Assembly (NCBI GenBank): GCA_040285855.1 | Contig: JAUFOQ010000017.1 | Coordinates: 434,001-498,000, forward strand | DNA length: 64,000 bases | Direction of reading: 5' to 3' | Source of the DNA: Eukaryota sp. GEM-RC1 | Lineage: Eukaryota | Shown: positions 34,169 to 48,900 of the stretch, in pieces | Layout: every line of letters begins with the position of its first letter | Position numbering within the stretch: the stretch's first letter is position 1 | Made by a program: the position numbers and the translations under genes | The notes under the pieces: model-generated | What the model was told of the DNA's origin: nothing | The model's database searches: none | What the model saw: the letters and a program-made list of their open reading frames with translations, nothing else

Positions 34169-34610
34169 TCAATATGAACAAAAGAGATACGAATTCCTAT
34201 ACATTATCTCACATTCATATCTCAATTCAAAGAGACGGATTAAAATCGAATCACAATACCTAGACAATGCTTTAAAGAGGGAAAATGCCAACCTTCCTCT
34301 CCAATAAATTTCATTAAAATTCTTTTCATACTGATTACACAATTTGCTAAAAGATGTGAGAAAATTTTGGCCTAAGAAGCCACCCGTTCCTAAAAAAAGA
34401 AATAGCAAAAGGATGGAGAACAAACGGATTGTGTCGATGAGAATTCATCTTGGCAATTAATTCACCATATCCATCTATTTTTTTTTGGTCAGTAGTTTCA
34501 AGAGCAGAATAATTTTCGTCTAAAATTTTGTTAACAAAAGCTGATTTACAATGATCAACCGTAGTAAAGTCCATAATTATTTCTTGCGAGGACAACCAAG
34601 GACCAATCAT
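34169..34610 (-). CDS. Small hypothetical protein (two overlapping ORFs, probable frameshift at an A-run)
   Basis: ORFs 34347-34610 and 34169-34423 overlap across the A7 run near 34392. Confidence 0.35.
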
Positions 34611-34675
34611 ATGAGTGGTTATCGTTGTTAAGGATTTCAGTTGCCGTATAACGCGTGATGATCGAAAAATTATTA

Positions 34676-35492
34676 AGGGGCTCTATTCGGTAGGGCTCTA
34701 ATCAGTAGGGCTCTAATTTAGAGCCCCTTCCGCATATGGCTCTATTTGGTAGTTTTTTTCTATGAAAAGGAGCCATAATCAATACAGGGGAGGAGTTTTT
34801 TGACTTTGTGCTCATTAATAGTCATATAATATAAAACAATAACTAATAGGGTTGTTAAAGGTCACAGGTCACAGGTCAGGTCAATTCATTTGATGACCTT
34901 GACCTGACCCGTGACCTGTTACTGTGGACCTTGACCTGACCTTTGACCCGATTTATGTGATCTTGACCTGACCTTTGACCTTAATCAGTTGACCTTGACC
35001 TGGCCTTTGACCTGAAATCTACAATTTACTTTATTCTTTAACTATCGAAAATCCGTATAAACAAAGTCAAATCTAATGATTTCTTGAATATTAGTGTATA
35101 CTAAGAGTAAATGGCGTGAGTTAATGTAATTTTGATCATTTAAAACAAGATACTAACACATAAACTGCCAAATGTTTGACCTTGACCTGACCTTTGACCT
35201 GAATGGTAAGACCTTGACCTGACCTTTGACCTGATGTTCGTTAGCTTGACCTGACCTTTGACCTGAATGGTAAGACCTTGACCTGACCTTTGACCTGACC
35301 TGACCTGTGATTTTCAGGTCTTGACCTGAACTTTTAACAACCCTAATAAATAATGATTTTATTTAATGTTTTATATGAATACGTCAAATAATAAGTTATT
35401 TCCAGAAACGGGGTCTATTCGGTAGGACTCAAATTTAGAGCTCCCATCAATTGGGGCTCTATTCGGTAGGGGCTCTATTCGGTAGTTGACTG
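34676..35492. mobile_element. Remnant of a Tc1/mariner-pogo-like non-autonomous element with GGCTCTATTCGGTAG repeats, interrupted by a hAT MITE
   Basis: Repeats at 34678-34752 and 35411-35485; right end ...GTTGACTG|TA (reverse complement TA|CAGTCAAC); matching left end not found. Confidence 0.5.
34847..35345. mobile_element. hAT-type MITE with TGACC subterminal repeats
   Basis: 13-bp TIR TAGGGTTGTTAAA / TTTAACAACCCTA; 8-bp TSD ATAACTAA / ATAAATAA (7 of 8 match); many GACCTTGACCTGACCTTTGACC units. Confidence 0.9.
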
Positions 35493-35534
35493 TACTATCG
35501 ATAAATACACTTTAATAAAATATTTGTTTATTCA

Positions 35535-35674
35535 AGCCGAAAAAATATCGACTTGGCTTGGCTTCGAGTCGACTTGTCACTTTGGTTTGGCTTACTCAAA
35601 TGGCTCAAGCCAAAGCCGAACCAGTTTGGAATTTTACAAGCCAAACCATCTGGCTCAAGCCATTGACAGGTCTA
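35535..35674. mobile_element. MITE end fragment with TGGCT/AAGCCA repeats
   Basis: Clustered GGCTT/AAGCC motifs ending ...TTGACAGGTCTA; no partner end seen. Confidence 0.35.
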
Positions 35675-35869
35675 AAAAAACTTTTATTGTTCACAATGAC
35701 AATTCCACATTGCTTCAGGTCTCATATTGTCAAGAATTATCGCTGGTGGACAGTAAATATATATTTTCAAATCCCTGCTTCTGAACAAGAATAATAAATA
35801 AAAGATTCATTACAGAACAAAAATAACTTCGTTAAATATTAGATATTCAGTTTAAATTCCAAAATGACA

Positions 35870-38800
35870 TCAATTAAAGCTCATCGGAATAGATTTTAAA
35901 TTTTTAAGAGGAGCTAAAAACTGCTCCAAGTCATCGGCACTTTCCGTTTCCTTATAATTGAGATCAAAATTCTTCAAATCCAATGCAGTTAAATAATCAG
36001 AAACGTTAGTTGATTGAGAAAAATCAACCGAAACATCACTCACATCATCTCTAGAAGCCGTCTTAATCCAATCAAATTTAGTTAAAAGTTCCCCAATAGA
36101 GCAATCCAAATTCGAATATCCTGAGCTCTTTTCTGAGCCCTTTTCGGTGTAATCACTATCAGAAAGAACTCCAGCAACCTTACTTTTCCAGTTATTCTCA
36201 ACTGTTGATGTCATTTCTTCATCTTCTGAATCTCCTGTCACCACGGAATCGTCAAGAGAGAAGTCTGGGAGAGGAAGATTGGGATTAGACGTGGGAAACG
36301 AAGGGGAATCGTCAGGGGAGAATGAAATAGGTGAGGGTTGAGTGGACACTGAATTATAGAAATTTGGAATTGGAGAAATGTTTCGCAGGTTTTTGATCTC
36401 TTCATCAATCACCACGTCGTCAATCAAACGGTTATTAACTGGATATGTTTCCGTGACCTTGTCAGACACAGATTCCTTGAAATCATCTAATTGAGGAGAA
36501 GTACATCGATTCACGATTTCAGATCGTTTTGAGCTTGATTTCTGACCTGTCACGTGATTGGATTGACCTCCAGCGTTGTTTGACTGAGCTCTTAATGTAT
36601 TGGATAGATAGTTAGTTCGCTGCTCAACAACTTTCAAGATACTTTCTGTAGCTTGAAGTCTAGCCACACTGCCAAATTCTAACCCCATAGAGTCAACACG
36701 ATTCTTGTTGAAAATCATGTCATCACTATCAAACTGACTTGTAATTGGAACTGTATCTCTTTTTGGAAACAAAAGTAAAGGGTTTTCTTTTGAAATCTGA
36801 TCCTAGTTTTGAGCTAGGAGGGATGTCGAGGTCAGAAGGAGTAATCCGTGGGAGAGAAGGGGCCATGTGATTGGATTGATTTTGACCTTTTGCAAACGTG
36901 AGAGGTGGTGTTGATTGAGTGTTGAAATTCGACCGTGATACATTGTGATTGCGAAGTTGACGTGCTCTAAGAGACGTTCTAATGATTGGTGATGAGACAG
37001 ACTTTCCCTTTTGATTGAGTTGATTGACTGTAATACTGGGGGTTGATTGATCTCTGTTATCCGCTTCATGGGCTGTTCTTCTTGGTTTAGGCAAGTCATC
37101 GTTTTTGGATTCAAAATCACTAGTTTGAAGTTCAATATCGACACCCTTTTCCTTTTCTTTTAAATTTTCAACAATTTTTGAATCAAATAGAGTAGATACT
37201 TCCTTATCTGAATTCTTTTTACATAGAATTACTTCTTCCTTGTACTGTTGCACGTCATCGTGATTACTGCTGCTGACGTCATCACTTTCCGTTGATTGAG
37301 TATCACGTGATAAAGGAATCACCGCCGCTGATTGAGTATTTACTGGGGTAGAAACTGCAACCTCGTCTTCAAAATTCAACAAAAAGAGATCATCGTCGAT
37401 TTGATTGTAATTTGATTCCGAAGGACTCACCGACTTAGAACAATCAGAAACTGAATAATTGATTGATTCCATTCCATCATCACTCACGTCATCAAGAGGC
37501 TTATTTAGCATGAAAGTTGGAACCAACATCCACTGTCCTTCAATCAAAACGAGACCGGAAACCTGTTCCTCTCGATTGTAATCATAAGTTGGGTTAACGT
37601 CATCAAAGGTCAACAACTGAGGATCATCTTCTACTTGGGGAGTATCCGTGAGCTCATCTTGACTGTCATCATCTCCATCTTCCCCTTTCGACATCTCAAT
37701 CAAACTCTCATTCGCCTGATCGAGTTCCACTTGCTCTTCTGACTCCACTTCTGATTGAACTCTTTCCTCTTCCTTCTCCAGTTGTTCTTTCACTTCAACT
37801 TCAATGGAAACGTGCCTGGGATCGACTTCTTGTGATTGATCATTCTCAGAATCTTTGACAGAAGAAGCAGCATCAACACTGGATTCAATCAGATCTGATT
37901 GATTAGCGTCACCAGTGAATAGAACCTTGTCTAACTCGTGATTCACGAACTTAATGAAGACTGTGTCATTCAAATAACTCGTACTCAGACTTTCCATGGA
38001 CAAAACGTCATCATTTTGACCTTTAGATGAAGTCAACCAATCAGGAATTGATTGAGAGTCAAATGTGGCAATCAAACGTTTAAATCTATTTCTGAGTGGA
38101 GGGAAAAACAAACTAGTAGAAATACCATAATCAATCATTAAATTAGAAGCAACTTCCAAATCAATGGTCGAAAGTAGCTCAAAAAGTCCAATCAAATACG
38201 ATTGGATTATTTTGGGGTCAAAAATATCACTGAAACAAAGAACACGCAAGCACCATTTGATTGTTTTAACTATTTTTGAGCCTAATATATTTGAAGTAGA
38301 AGAAGATGAGGACCAATCTGACGACAAAGACACATCCAATTTAGGATCGAAAAAGACGTCTAAATTGAATTTTCTAATGAAAATATTAAATTTGTCTCGA
38401 CACAAGCAGATCCACAACACCTTTTTCAAGTCAGTAATAAGCAAACCTTTCTTTTGAGAATAATCATCAACATTCAACTTTAAAAGACAATTAATAACAA
38501 AGATACAACACTTCACTAAGTAAATCACGTCATGTCTCACAGACAACTCTTCATTAGACTCATTGCCTACCTCTAACTCTCCCTCACTCCTCCAATTCCA
38601 AAAGAAAGGAAGATCAAAGGAGGAAGGGACAAGAGGGGGAAGAGAGGAGAGCAGGGAGAGAACATGGGAGTGTATGAATGAGTGGAATGAATCTAGAAAG
38701 GAATCAAAGTTCGGGGTGGGAGGGAAAGAAGGTAGAACTGAGGTGATCTGAGAGTAGAGATGGGAAGGAAAGGACTGTGGAAGAGGTGGAGTACTTTGTT

Positions 38801-39302
38801 TCAGAAAGGACGAATAAAATAGATATGGATCAGCTTCTTTACTGAAAAGAAGAGAAAGATCAGGTTGAAAGTCTTTGTACATTCGGAAGGATAGGTCAAA
38901 ATAACCAAGAGAGAAGAGAGAAAGGACAACGTAGGATAAGGGTGGATCACTTTGTGAACTAGAAGACGGAGGGGAGTGAGAGAAGGAAGTAGGGTCAAGT
39001 GGGTAGGATTCGGATCCATAGAGAAGAGCGAGAGATCTGCAGATGTCGTATAGATCATTTGATGATGGAAAAGGATCGTAGAGTTTGGAGAAATGAGCAG
39101 AAAGTTCTTTTGGATGGGCAGAAGGTCTTTTAGTGGAAATTAGAGCAGATACATTGATAGTATCAGTGTCATCAGGTAGAAATGGTAGTGATAAAGATGA
39201 TGATTTGAAGGTTGTTTGAGGTGTTGTAGGAGCAATGTAATCTGATGTATCTTCATGATCAGACTCTACAGTTGCACAGGCGCAACAGAAGAAGCGTTTC
39301 AT
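35870..39302 (-). CDS. Large hypothetical protein with an acidic, low-complexity C-terminal half (frameshift near 36760); N-terminal Cys cluster
   Basis: ORFs of 857 aa and 300 aa overlap on the same strand; MKRFFCCACA start may be lipidated; no family recognised. Confidence 0.65.
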
Positions 39303-39339
39303 AAAGTCTACTTCAAGGGCCTACCAAAAGACTCAAAAA

Positions 39340-40225
39340 ATGAGTATCTTTGATACAAACAAATGTTCTCTGATGTCTGTTCGACAAAAGCTTGTCGCAT
39401 TGTCTCCATTCATCGCCCTTACGGTGGCTAGTCTTTCCTTTCCTCGAACTTTATATCCCAATCTGTCCTTGATATCAGTTGCTCTTCTTCAGTCTGATGA
39501 TTTAGTTGTTCTCTTTCTTCTTGCTCCATTTCTACTTTTTCCTGGTTTCTCCAAATCCAAAAGTCAAGTGTCATGTGTTCTTTATCTAGTCTGGATCTAT
39601 CTCTCCAAACTAGTGATCATTCCTTTGTCTTTTCTTTTTGTCCTGAATTTGATCCTTCTTGTAACTCTAACTTTCACGTTTTGGTGGTTGTCCAACTCCT
39701 CTGATCCTGTTCACTTCCAGCAATCGCCTTATTTAAATTCGTTTGTCTTTGCAATTGGTGCATGTTCCTTCCTCTTCTTCGTCGCTGATCTACTGATTCT
39801 CAGCAGTCGCATGCTAGATCCACATCCATTACTAGCTTCAAGTGGAAGATCATCAGCTTTGTATATAGCCGTTGCTTTCCCCCCTTCTATTGTACACTCT
39901 CTTTGCTTTCTACCCTTATGTAAACTCTGTCAAACAATGCCCTCCTCAGAACATGCAACTGTTCCTATGTAGTGCTCATTTCCTGTTGTTTTATAGTTTT
40001 AAACACATTTGCCTTGCTATTCTAACGTGTCATTTAGATTTGCCCATTGTTTTGTACTTTCCAACAGTGATTGGTGTTTGTATATTATTTGTTGTTTTTG
40101 CATTTTGTTTTTGCACATCTCATTTACATTTCGCCATGGCAAATAAAAGCCTAACCTGGATCTTGCTGTTTGATAATAGAGTAAATGTTCGATTTACAGA
40201 GTGGACATGTTCGATTCATTGTTAA
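39340..40225 (+). CDS. Multi-pass membrane hypothetical protein (frameshifted)
   Basis: Two overlapping hydrophobic ORFs. Confidence 0.55.
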
Positions 40226-40654
40226 CCATTTCTTAATGCAGGTGGAGTGGAAGGCGTGGCAGCTTGGACATGGTAGAGATGCAAGGAGTTCACCTTCTGT
40301 GTACTCATCAAGACATATTGCACATGATGTTGAAAAGGAAAAGCCTGTAGCAAGAGACTTATTGAAATGGAAAATAGGAAGATGTTGAAGGAGGTGGCCT
40401 CTTAATCCATTTTCGGGAGCAGAACACCGATCCAAAGCAAGAAGTGTTTCGTAATCATCCGAAGTCAGCTCTCTGTTGGCTAACTGAAGGTGGAGATTAA
40501 GTAAGGACAAATTTGGTTGGAAAGTGGGTCGTCTTCGAGAAGTAGAAGTATCTATATATCTGTATGTGTAGTAGAAGGCCACTGTTGTCACTAGTACGAT
40601 CTGGCTGATGACTATTGTTAAGAAGAAGTTTGGATTACTAAGGAAGATCATCAT
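40151..40654 (-). CDS. Membrane-anchored RING-H2 E3 ubiquitin ligase
   Basis: N-terminal [25 protein letters not shown]...[18 protein letters not shown]....CPLC. Confidence 0.9.
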   Translation of the reverse strand: MMIFLSNPNFFLTIVISQIVLVTTVAFYYTYRYIDTSTSRRRPTFQPNLSLLNLHLQLANRELTSDDYETLLALDRCSAPENGLRGHLLQHLPIFHFNKSLATGFSFSTSCAICLDEYTEGELLASLPCPSCHAFHSTCIKKWLTMNRTCPLCKSNIYSIIKQQDPG

Positions 40655-42173
40655 ATTGATGTCGTAGATTTAATAGGATTGCAAATCACGATTTGTCTAG
40701 TTTCAGCATTTACCCACATACGAATATTATATATGTGGCATCACAGCTTGTCTACAGTACTCAGCAATAGTCCTGTTCACTAACCTCAGGCGGTGTAGCC
40801 AACTTCATCCAAGAAGTGAAGTACTGTTTCTTATTTTTGGATTATTCAACAACCGGGGACAGTACCAAAGACGGTTTTGAGGTTTAACATAATATTGATT
40901 AGATCAACGAATTCAACGGTTTAATAATAATTATTGATTCGGTGCAAAAAAGTACGTATTCTACTAGTAGGTTATTACTAAATGATCATCAATGGAGCAC
41001 TACAATGAGACTGCGTTGTTATTTATGGCCATACAATTTGCCAAATGATCTTCAATGTAGCTAGCTGTGGAAGACAATTAACCTTTTTCTCATTCGTTAA
41101 GTTGTAATCGCTACATAACTTATCGAACATGTATGCATGATACTGTAAGAGATCATATACATGATATGTGTAAGTCTTACAAAATTGAATCATTTGTTGA
41201 ACCACTTCTAAGATCTTTAGAACCAAATAATAATAGTAATGACGAAGAACAGCCCCAATTTTTAGGTAAATGGTGAGCAGATGTTGTTATCCCTTCTTCT
41301 GCAGACAAATTGTCTGTTGTCGATGTAGTGTCATTGGATGTTTGTAAAAAGACATCTTTAAAGAATGAATCCCCTTTAGACATTTCTGAACAAGCCAAGC
41401 AGGATAAGTACAAGAAACAATTGATCGCTTTAAAACATGTAAAACATAATCTTTTTATGCTATAAATTAACGAAATACAAACAACTAGTACTTAAAACAT
41501 GTAAAACATGTTGAATACGAATTATGCCCTTTTGATGTTTCGATTTACCGACGTTTAGGAAAAAGTGCATTGAATTTTTTAAACGATTTCGGCAAAATCG
41601 TTAAAAATAGAATGAACAAACGTTTTGATCATATGTTATGGTTGAATCTGAATCGGATCGTTTTTACTGTTTTTAAAACAATTCTCCTAATCATCTTCAA
41701 AGACTTATTAGCTGTGAGTTCCTTTTATGAGGACAACGCGGTTGTAAGATTTGATAGCGACGGGTGTTGTTTTTATGATATCAAATTATAGTTGTTTGAT
41801 CTATTACATTTATAAATCAATATTACTATTGAAAACTAGTAGGTTTGTTTATTCCAAATATGATGACGATGTTCTGTAGCCAATTAGGTAACCTTCCTGC
41901 AAAACTATGAAAAAATATTCCAAATATTAGGGATGTTGAATGGTTCAGTTCAAGTGTGTGTGAACCGGTTCTGAACCGATCCTTTTTGGATGTTTGAGTT
42001 AGTACAAAAAACTGCAATTATCCTCGCATATGCATATGATTGTATGATACGAAATCAGAGGTAAAACAATCAAACAATCAATAATCGTTTTGAGAAAGTA
42101 TATATACAGTATATTGTTCTTCTATACTGTACTTCTTTCTTCAAAATCTTCCCATAACGTTAATGCTTAAGGT

Positions 42174-42311
42174 CAACCCAGTAGTATTGTTTCTAAACGT
42201 TTACTTTCACTTGCTGGACTTGTTTCCAGTAAGACGAGGGCCAAATTGAGTGAAGAGTCTGACCAATCTCTTGTATGTCTGGACTCATGGCTTAAGGCAA
42301 ACCTAGATTAG
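42174..42311 (+). pseudogene. Relic of a hAT transposase C-terminal dimerisation domain
   Basis: QPSSIVSKRLLSLAGLVSSKTRAKLSEESDQSLVCLDSWLK*, a decayed SERxFSxAG...RxxL motif. Confidence 0.65.
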
Positions 42312-42925
42312 GAGACAACCACATGTTCATGGTAATCAATTATTGTTTTTGTTCAGTTCAGTGACAAAGTTGAGTTGTAGTCTTTAATTGAGTATATATA
42401 TTAAACTGAACCATTTGACATGCTTACTAAATATCAAAGTCCAGATTTACATTTACTCTGGTTCTCACTTATTATCTCGGTAACTCATTAGTTTGAATCA
42501 TAAATTAGTCTCGTTCAGATTTGTCATGCAGTTATATGTAGTCGAAACAATCAACTTTTCTGTGAATTGTTAATATGCCTAGTTACTGTTCTAAAACTCT
42601 GATTCAAGTACAAGAAATTTAGACCATCAAAACTCCAGAGACTGGTTGATACATTGACTTTAACAGTGTGCTACTTTCAGTTTTCAGTTGGAGACAAAGG
42701 CAAAGTCGTTGCAAAACACGATGTAAAACTGATCCAACAACTTACGAAAGCTCTGATCTTCGATTCATCTTTTCAAAGAAAAGATGTGTATTCGTTCGAC
42801 TCAATATAGTTCACCTTGTAACTGATACATATGGAGAGCAGTAGATAAAGCAAATTTGCTTCAAAAAAAATCTAAAAATTTATTTTAATTCCATTATTCT
42901 CTTATTTCCTTTGTCTACCTAAGAC

Positions 42926-45900
42926 TTGCAACTTGTACCAGCGTTTTTGATGACAGAAACTACTGATAAGAACCAAAGTTCAAACAGGAACACCAAACCT
43001 AGAAGGTGGAGAAAGCGACCAAACGAATCCGAATCTCCACAACACAACGCAGTGAAGCCCATGGATTTCACCTTAGTACGGCTATTCTGGGACTGTATAG
43101 ACGAAGAGATCACTGTACGTGTTGATGAAGATCCCACCAACCATTCTTTGTCTCCTGATAAGGCTTCTAACAATGTGATGTCTGTCGCTGTTCGTCTTAC
43201 GCTTGGATATCATGACCTTGTCTTTTGTGAATACGAAAATCCAGTCTACAATAAGTGTTATCCAAAATCTGATTCTGGGCACAATTACATTGTTGTTGAA
43301 GAAGTTCCAGTCATTAATCAGCTAGATCTTATGAAGGATTCTACTGGAGAGGAAGTCCTTCTTCACCAATTCAACTATTGGTTTGGAAATGAAGCTTACT
43401 ACAGAGGCTCTGATTTGGATCGGTTCGCAAGGTCCAGTGATCAAAATGGATGGGTTTCCTTTACAAAAATAAGAACGTTTCCAATGTTGGATTTGATTTT
43501 CTCTCGATTTAACATCAACCCAAGCAATGAAGATCTTTGTCAACTCCTTCAATCTTCAGATCTAGTGAAGGCAGACCCTGAGAAGGGAATCCGACGTCTT
43601 AATAAGAGTATTCCGTCAAAACTTGAAGTCGAATCTCGTAAAATTGCTATTTTCCCACTTAAACACACCAATGAAGTCTTTGACATCCTGGACCTGCTCT
43701 CCGATGAATATACAATCTCTTCTTTTGTGTCTCTTTTCAAGAAAGGCTGTCCTCGTCTTGTTCTCACTTTGGCCAGTCATTCCGATGCCGTAGCTCTCAA
43801 CTCCCTGGAAACTCTCACTTTTGATGACCGCAAACACATTGTACGCTTCGAATATGCAAATGTAGAAGAAAAACTTGAAGACTCAATCGACGAAACACAA
43901 TCTCCTACATCAAACAAATCTCATCCGAAGTCACCCAAAAGATCAAAGAAGGCAACTGGAAAGAAACAAAAAGAGAAGAAGACACGTATCCGTACTTTTG
44001 CAGAGAGAATGCTTAAAAGGACAGCACAACAACTTCCGATCCTGTCAGAGTATAACACGATCCTCAATCGATTGAGCTCAGAACGTTTCTTGACAGTCAT
44101 TGCTGCCACTGGATCAGGAAAGACAACCCAGTTACCACAATATCTTGCAGAAAAGTTCAGCTCTGAAGGAAAAGTTGTTTGTACTCAGCCCAGAGCTGTT
44201 GCGGCACTTTCCCTCGCAGAAAGAATTGCTGAGGAATTTGATGGAACTTCTCCTGGTTACAACGTGGGATTTGAGGTTGGAGGAAAGAAAGTAAAAGGAG
44301 ATCAAATCATGTTAATGACTGATGGTCAGTTAATCAAGAAAGCTGCTAAAGATATTCTACTTTCCGATGTTTCTGTTTTGATTATTGATGAGGCTCATGA
44401 AAGATCTTTAGATACAGATCTTGTTCTAGGTATTGCCAAAGTAATTTTCAAACAACGAAGTGACTTCCGTGTGGTTATTTCCTCTGCTACCATTGATCCC
44501 TCTAAGTTTCTCCACTTCTTCTACGATGGTAATCCTAATTGTCCTCCACCTCTTGAATGTCCGGGAAGACTGTTTGAAATTGGAATTGATGAGAAACCGA
44601 TGGAAGCATCGGCTATAATTGACGAACTTCCTCTTATTGTTCATCAAGCAATGCATAATGACTCCTATTATGAAGATGGGAATCCTTCTGGTCATGTTCT
44701 GGTCTTTATGTCAAGTATTCGTGATATTGAAGATTCTATTCAGGATTTTCAGAGGTTATGTGATGATTTAGATCTGACTCATATTGATCCTAAACCTTTA
44801 CATGGAAAACTTACACCTGAAGAACAAAAGGAAGTGTTGACGTATGATTTAGACAATGATGACGTGACCGATGGTACCGCCAGAAGAATGGTTTGTTTTT
44901 GTACAAATGTTGCTGAAACTTCACTTACAGTTCCTGGTATTAAGCTAGTTATTGACACTGGTCTAGCCAAGGAAGCCAGATTCGATCCAGTTAGAAGGTT
45001 GACTTTGCTATCAGAAGTTTTGATTAGTAAAAGTTCAGCTGATCAAAGAAAAGGAAGAGCTGGAAGGTTGTGCAGTGGTTTCTGTTTGAGATTATTTAAA
45101 TATGATGAATTAACTCGGGCTGGAATTGAACCTGAAATCTTGCGATCCTCTCTTGAATTTGTTTGCTTGAAACTGTTAATGCTCAGACAAGATCCGTGTT
45201 CTTTTCATTTTATCGATGCTCCTTCATCAGAACTTCTTCAATCATCGGTTGATTTACTTTCCTCTTTTGAATGTATTTCTCCCAATAAGGAAGTTACACC
45301 CGTAGGAAGATTCTTCTTTGACCTTCCTCTAGATGTTCGTATGAGTTACTTTGTTTACTTATGTGCCAAGGAAGGTTATTTAAAGGAAGCTGCAGATCTA
45401 GCAGCTATACTGACTGCTCCTGGGTCTATCTTTTTCCATTCTCAATCTACTCAAGGAAAAAGAACAGAAGTACGATTAGCCAGACAAGAAGAAGCTGCCA
45501 AGTATGATTCTGATTTGATTTATGTCTATGACGTTTACCACAAATGGAGCAAAGTACTTAAAGAAAAGCTCAGTAATGTTGCTACTAAATATGCTCGTGA
45601 TAATCAATTAAACAATCGTATTTGTAACAATGTCAGAACTAGCGCATCCAGTGTTTGCAAAGAATTCAAGAGATTTCCCTTAATTTCTTCTGTTGAACAA
45701 CTCCTTTCCTCAGTGGATCAGACTACTTTTCGTGATGTTTTATCTAAAACTCTTCCTATTTGTTTTGAAGAGCAAATCTGTCAGTTTATTGAAAGTTCTA
45801 TTCCCACTAAGTATGACCTCTTTGTCTTAAAATCTGGACTTAAAGGTAGAATTGACCGGGGTTCTTGTTTTTCTTCAATGATTCCTGCCGTTAAGTTTGC

Positions 45901-48900
45901 TTTGGCTTATTCTATTGTTGATTTAGAGGTAACTACCATTGTTCAACAACTTCATCCACTTCCAGAAGAGTTTCTTCCCAAATCTTTATTAGACAAAGTA
46001 TATGACCATTCCCTTGTTAAAGTCACTAGAACTATTAGAGAAAACATTGGACCTTTTGCTCTTGGTGCCCTCAGACGTGCTCTCAAGGATCGTCTTTCCA
46101 CTGAATCCAGGAGTTCTCTCTGGCACTTTGTAGATCTTCTTTATGATGACGCGACTCTCAAAGTGTCTGCTCCCCAACAAGTGGACCAATCAGTTGTTGA
46201 TTGGTCAATGGAGATCGTACGTGATGAGTTTCTCAATCAATCAAATCAGTCTCGAACCTATACTTTATTTAATTCTGCTGTACAAATTTCTAATGGTCTG
46301 GAAGTGTTATCGATTGAACGTCCGGGACCAACCCTTGTTGTAAAAAGACCTGTAAACGATTCTCGTGATAAGTTCAAGGACTTTTGTATTGAAATTATTG
46401 GTGTTTCTCTTGTAACCAAAATATCTAATAATAACAAGAATCCAATCCAATTTCAACTTTCAAGTCCTATAAAACAACGTCAATCTTCAGTAGAGAACTA
46501 TGATAATTACAAACGAGGTTTTGTAGTTTTCCCACACATTTCTGACGAAGTGTATAAGGAACTTCTTGGTAAATTTGAAGCAGCTGGAGTAATGGATGAT
46601 GTTTCTGAAATAGGGATGCACAACTTATATGGTAGAAACCTTACATTAAAATCAACGCTTAGTCTATCAAAAATTTTAGATATGTTTCCAAAAGTAAAAG
46701 TATTTGAAATATCACCTGCTACTCTTATTGTTTCTGACTTTCCTAGTTCAACTCAAGTCTATGATCTCCGTAATTACCTTGGTCAAGGATTCAAACTTAT
46801 TAGAAAAGAACGTGGTGGTAGCGTCCAAATAACTATTCAGTGTGAGTCAAAGTCAGTCAATGAAGCCATTGCCAAGCTCCAAGAATGTCCTCTGTTTACC
46901 CAGGCCCATGACATCACTTTCACTAACAGAAGTGGAAATACAGTGACCAAGAGTACCACGGCCAAGGTCTTCAAGACTTTCCCTGCAATTGTTTCACTTA
47001 AATTCACTTCAACTGAGCAGTCTGCAGCTGCTTTAACTCAGCTCAATGGACAAGGCCATCCCACTGTGTTTAATGAGTCGTTTAAATGTGAAAAATTACC
47101 AATGTCTCTAGCTAATATTATCAATACTGTCCAAGTTCCTGAAGTTTCCATTACTGAAAGAAATTCTCGACTTTCATTAGAATCTCAAAGTCTTGCAGCT
47201 ATAGCTAAAGCTGCTAATGCCGTAAAAGACATAATTAATCCAATGAAAATGTACTTCAACACTTTAGAACAACGGTATTTTATTCAAGAAGTTAGAAATT
47301 TAAAATTACACATGGATTGGGCTAATGAGTTTGATCTTGACGTTCAAATTAAGAAACAAAGTTTTAATTATTCTGTACTAGTGCGCGGTTCTGGAATCAA
47401 TCAGGGAAAATTTGTCAAAGCACTCAATAATTATCATGCTCACTTTTCTGAACGATTTAAAATCATTTCCATGGGTTCCAAACAAAAGTCGTTGTTCCAG
47501 GGTAAGAATTCTTTATTTGACAAGTGGACCAAAACTGTAGACCCTGATTTACAATCACTTTTGAAAATGATTAATTATGAATTCTTCATTTCATCAGTAA
47601 TAATCTACCAAGAACCTGATTCTACTGATACAATTACTGAAGCCGAGGAATTTTTGGACTCCTTCTTTTCCATTTATGATGTAAGTTCAGATTGTGCAAA
47701 TTCTTGTGTTTTCTGTGACAAAGTTTGTCGTAGTCCGTCAGTGTTCCATCTGTGTGGTCATACTTATTGTCGTTCTTGTCTGAAAGATGTTGCCAATGCT
47801 CTTAAATCTTCTTCAGATGATCTTTGCTGTCCAAAGTGTTTATCTTCTGTCTCTATAAGAGATTTAGTTCCCTTGTTTGATCGTAGAATGGACTTCATGA
47901 TGCTTCTTGAAAATGTCGTAATCAATTCTGTTGAGAATTCAGATCACTTTCCTGATATTACTATCTGTAAAAATCATGAATGTAAAGCAATTATTCCTAA
48001 AGTTTCCAGTTACTCATTCTGTTCTAAATGTGGTACTGGTCAATGCACTTCTTGTGGTTGTTACAGTGATCATCTTCATTTGAATTTGTCTTGTGAAGAA
48101 TATCTTGAATGCAAGAAGTCCATGGGTGATTTCTTACAGCAATTGTATTCTAAAGCAGAAGAATTTGTTCAAGAACAATGGAATATTCAACCAACTCTAG
48201 TACAACCTTACCTCCGCAATCCTTACCTTCCTTTGGGAGCTCCAGTAGTACAGAAGTTTGCAAAGGTAGTGAAGAAACATGGTGGAATTGCCTGTATTGA
48301 CAAAGTTGTTTTTGCTTGGCATGGTACTAAACAACCAGCTGTTGAACCCATTGCTTACGAAGGGTTTAACCCGGGGTTCCGCCGGGGTCAGGCCCAGGGT
48401 CCTGGAGAATACTTTGGACACAGCCAAAATCCATCTGTTTCAGTGGGTTATTCAAGTAATTGTCGTTACATGTTTGTTGCCGCCATTTTACCTTTTGATG
48501 GAGTGTTCTCTTCTCATTCGAACGTTTGCTTCGTCGTGAACAATCCCATCGACTTTGAGTCAACTTACTGCCTTCCAGTACTTATACTAGAAATGCAGAA
48601 TAGTATTCCCCATGAGCCAGTTTTATTTAGAGAACTTACACCAACCCCATTTGAATTTGAAAACTTGTCAGTTTCCAGTACTCCTCAGTCTAGAAGCATA
48701 ATCCCTTCAGTAGCTCAATGGTATTGGCAAGATGACAGTGGTTTTAAACCCTATAGCGATGAAATGTCACGTCAAATTGAATCACAGTATGGTAAGTATC
48801 AAATCAACTTAGCTGGACCTTCTTTTGTTTCTGAAACTGTGAGCCTCAATGATGACCAACCTCAGAGTTATACCATTGACTTTGACTCTAACCAACAAAT

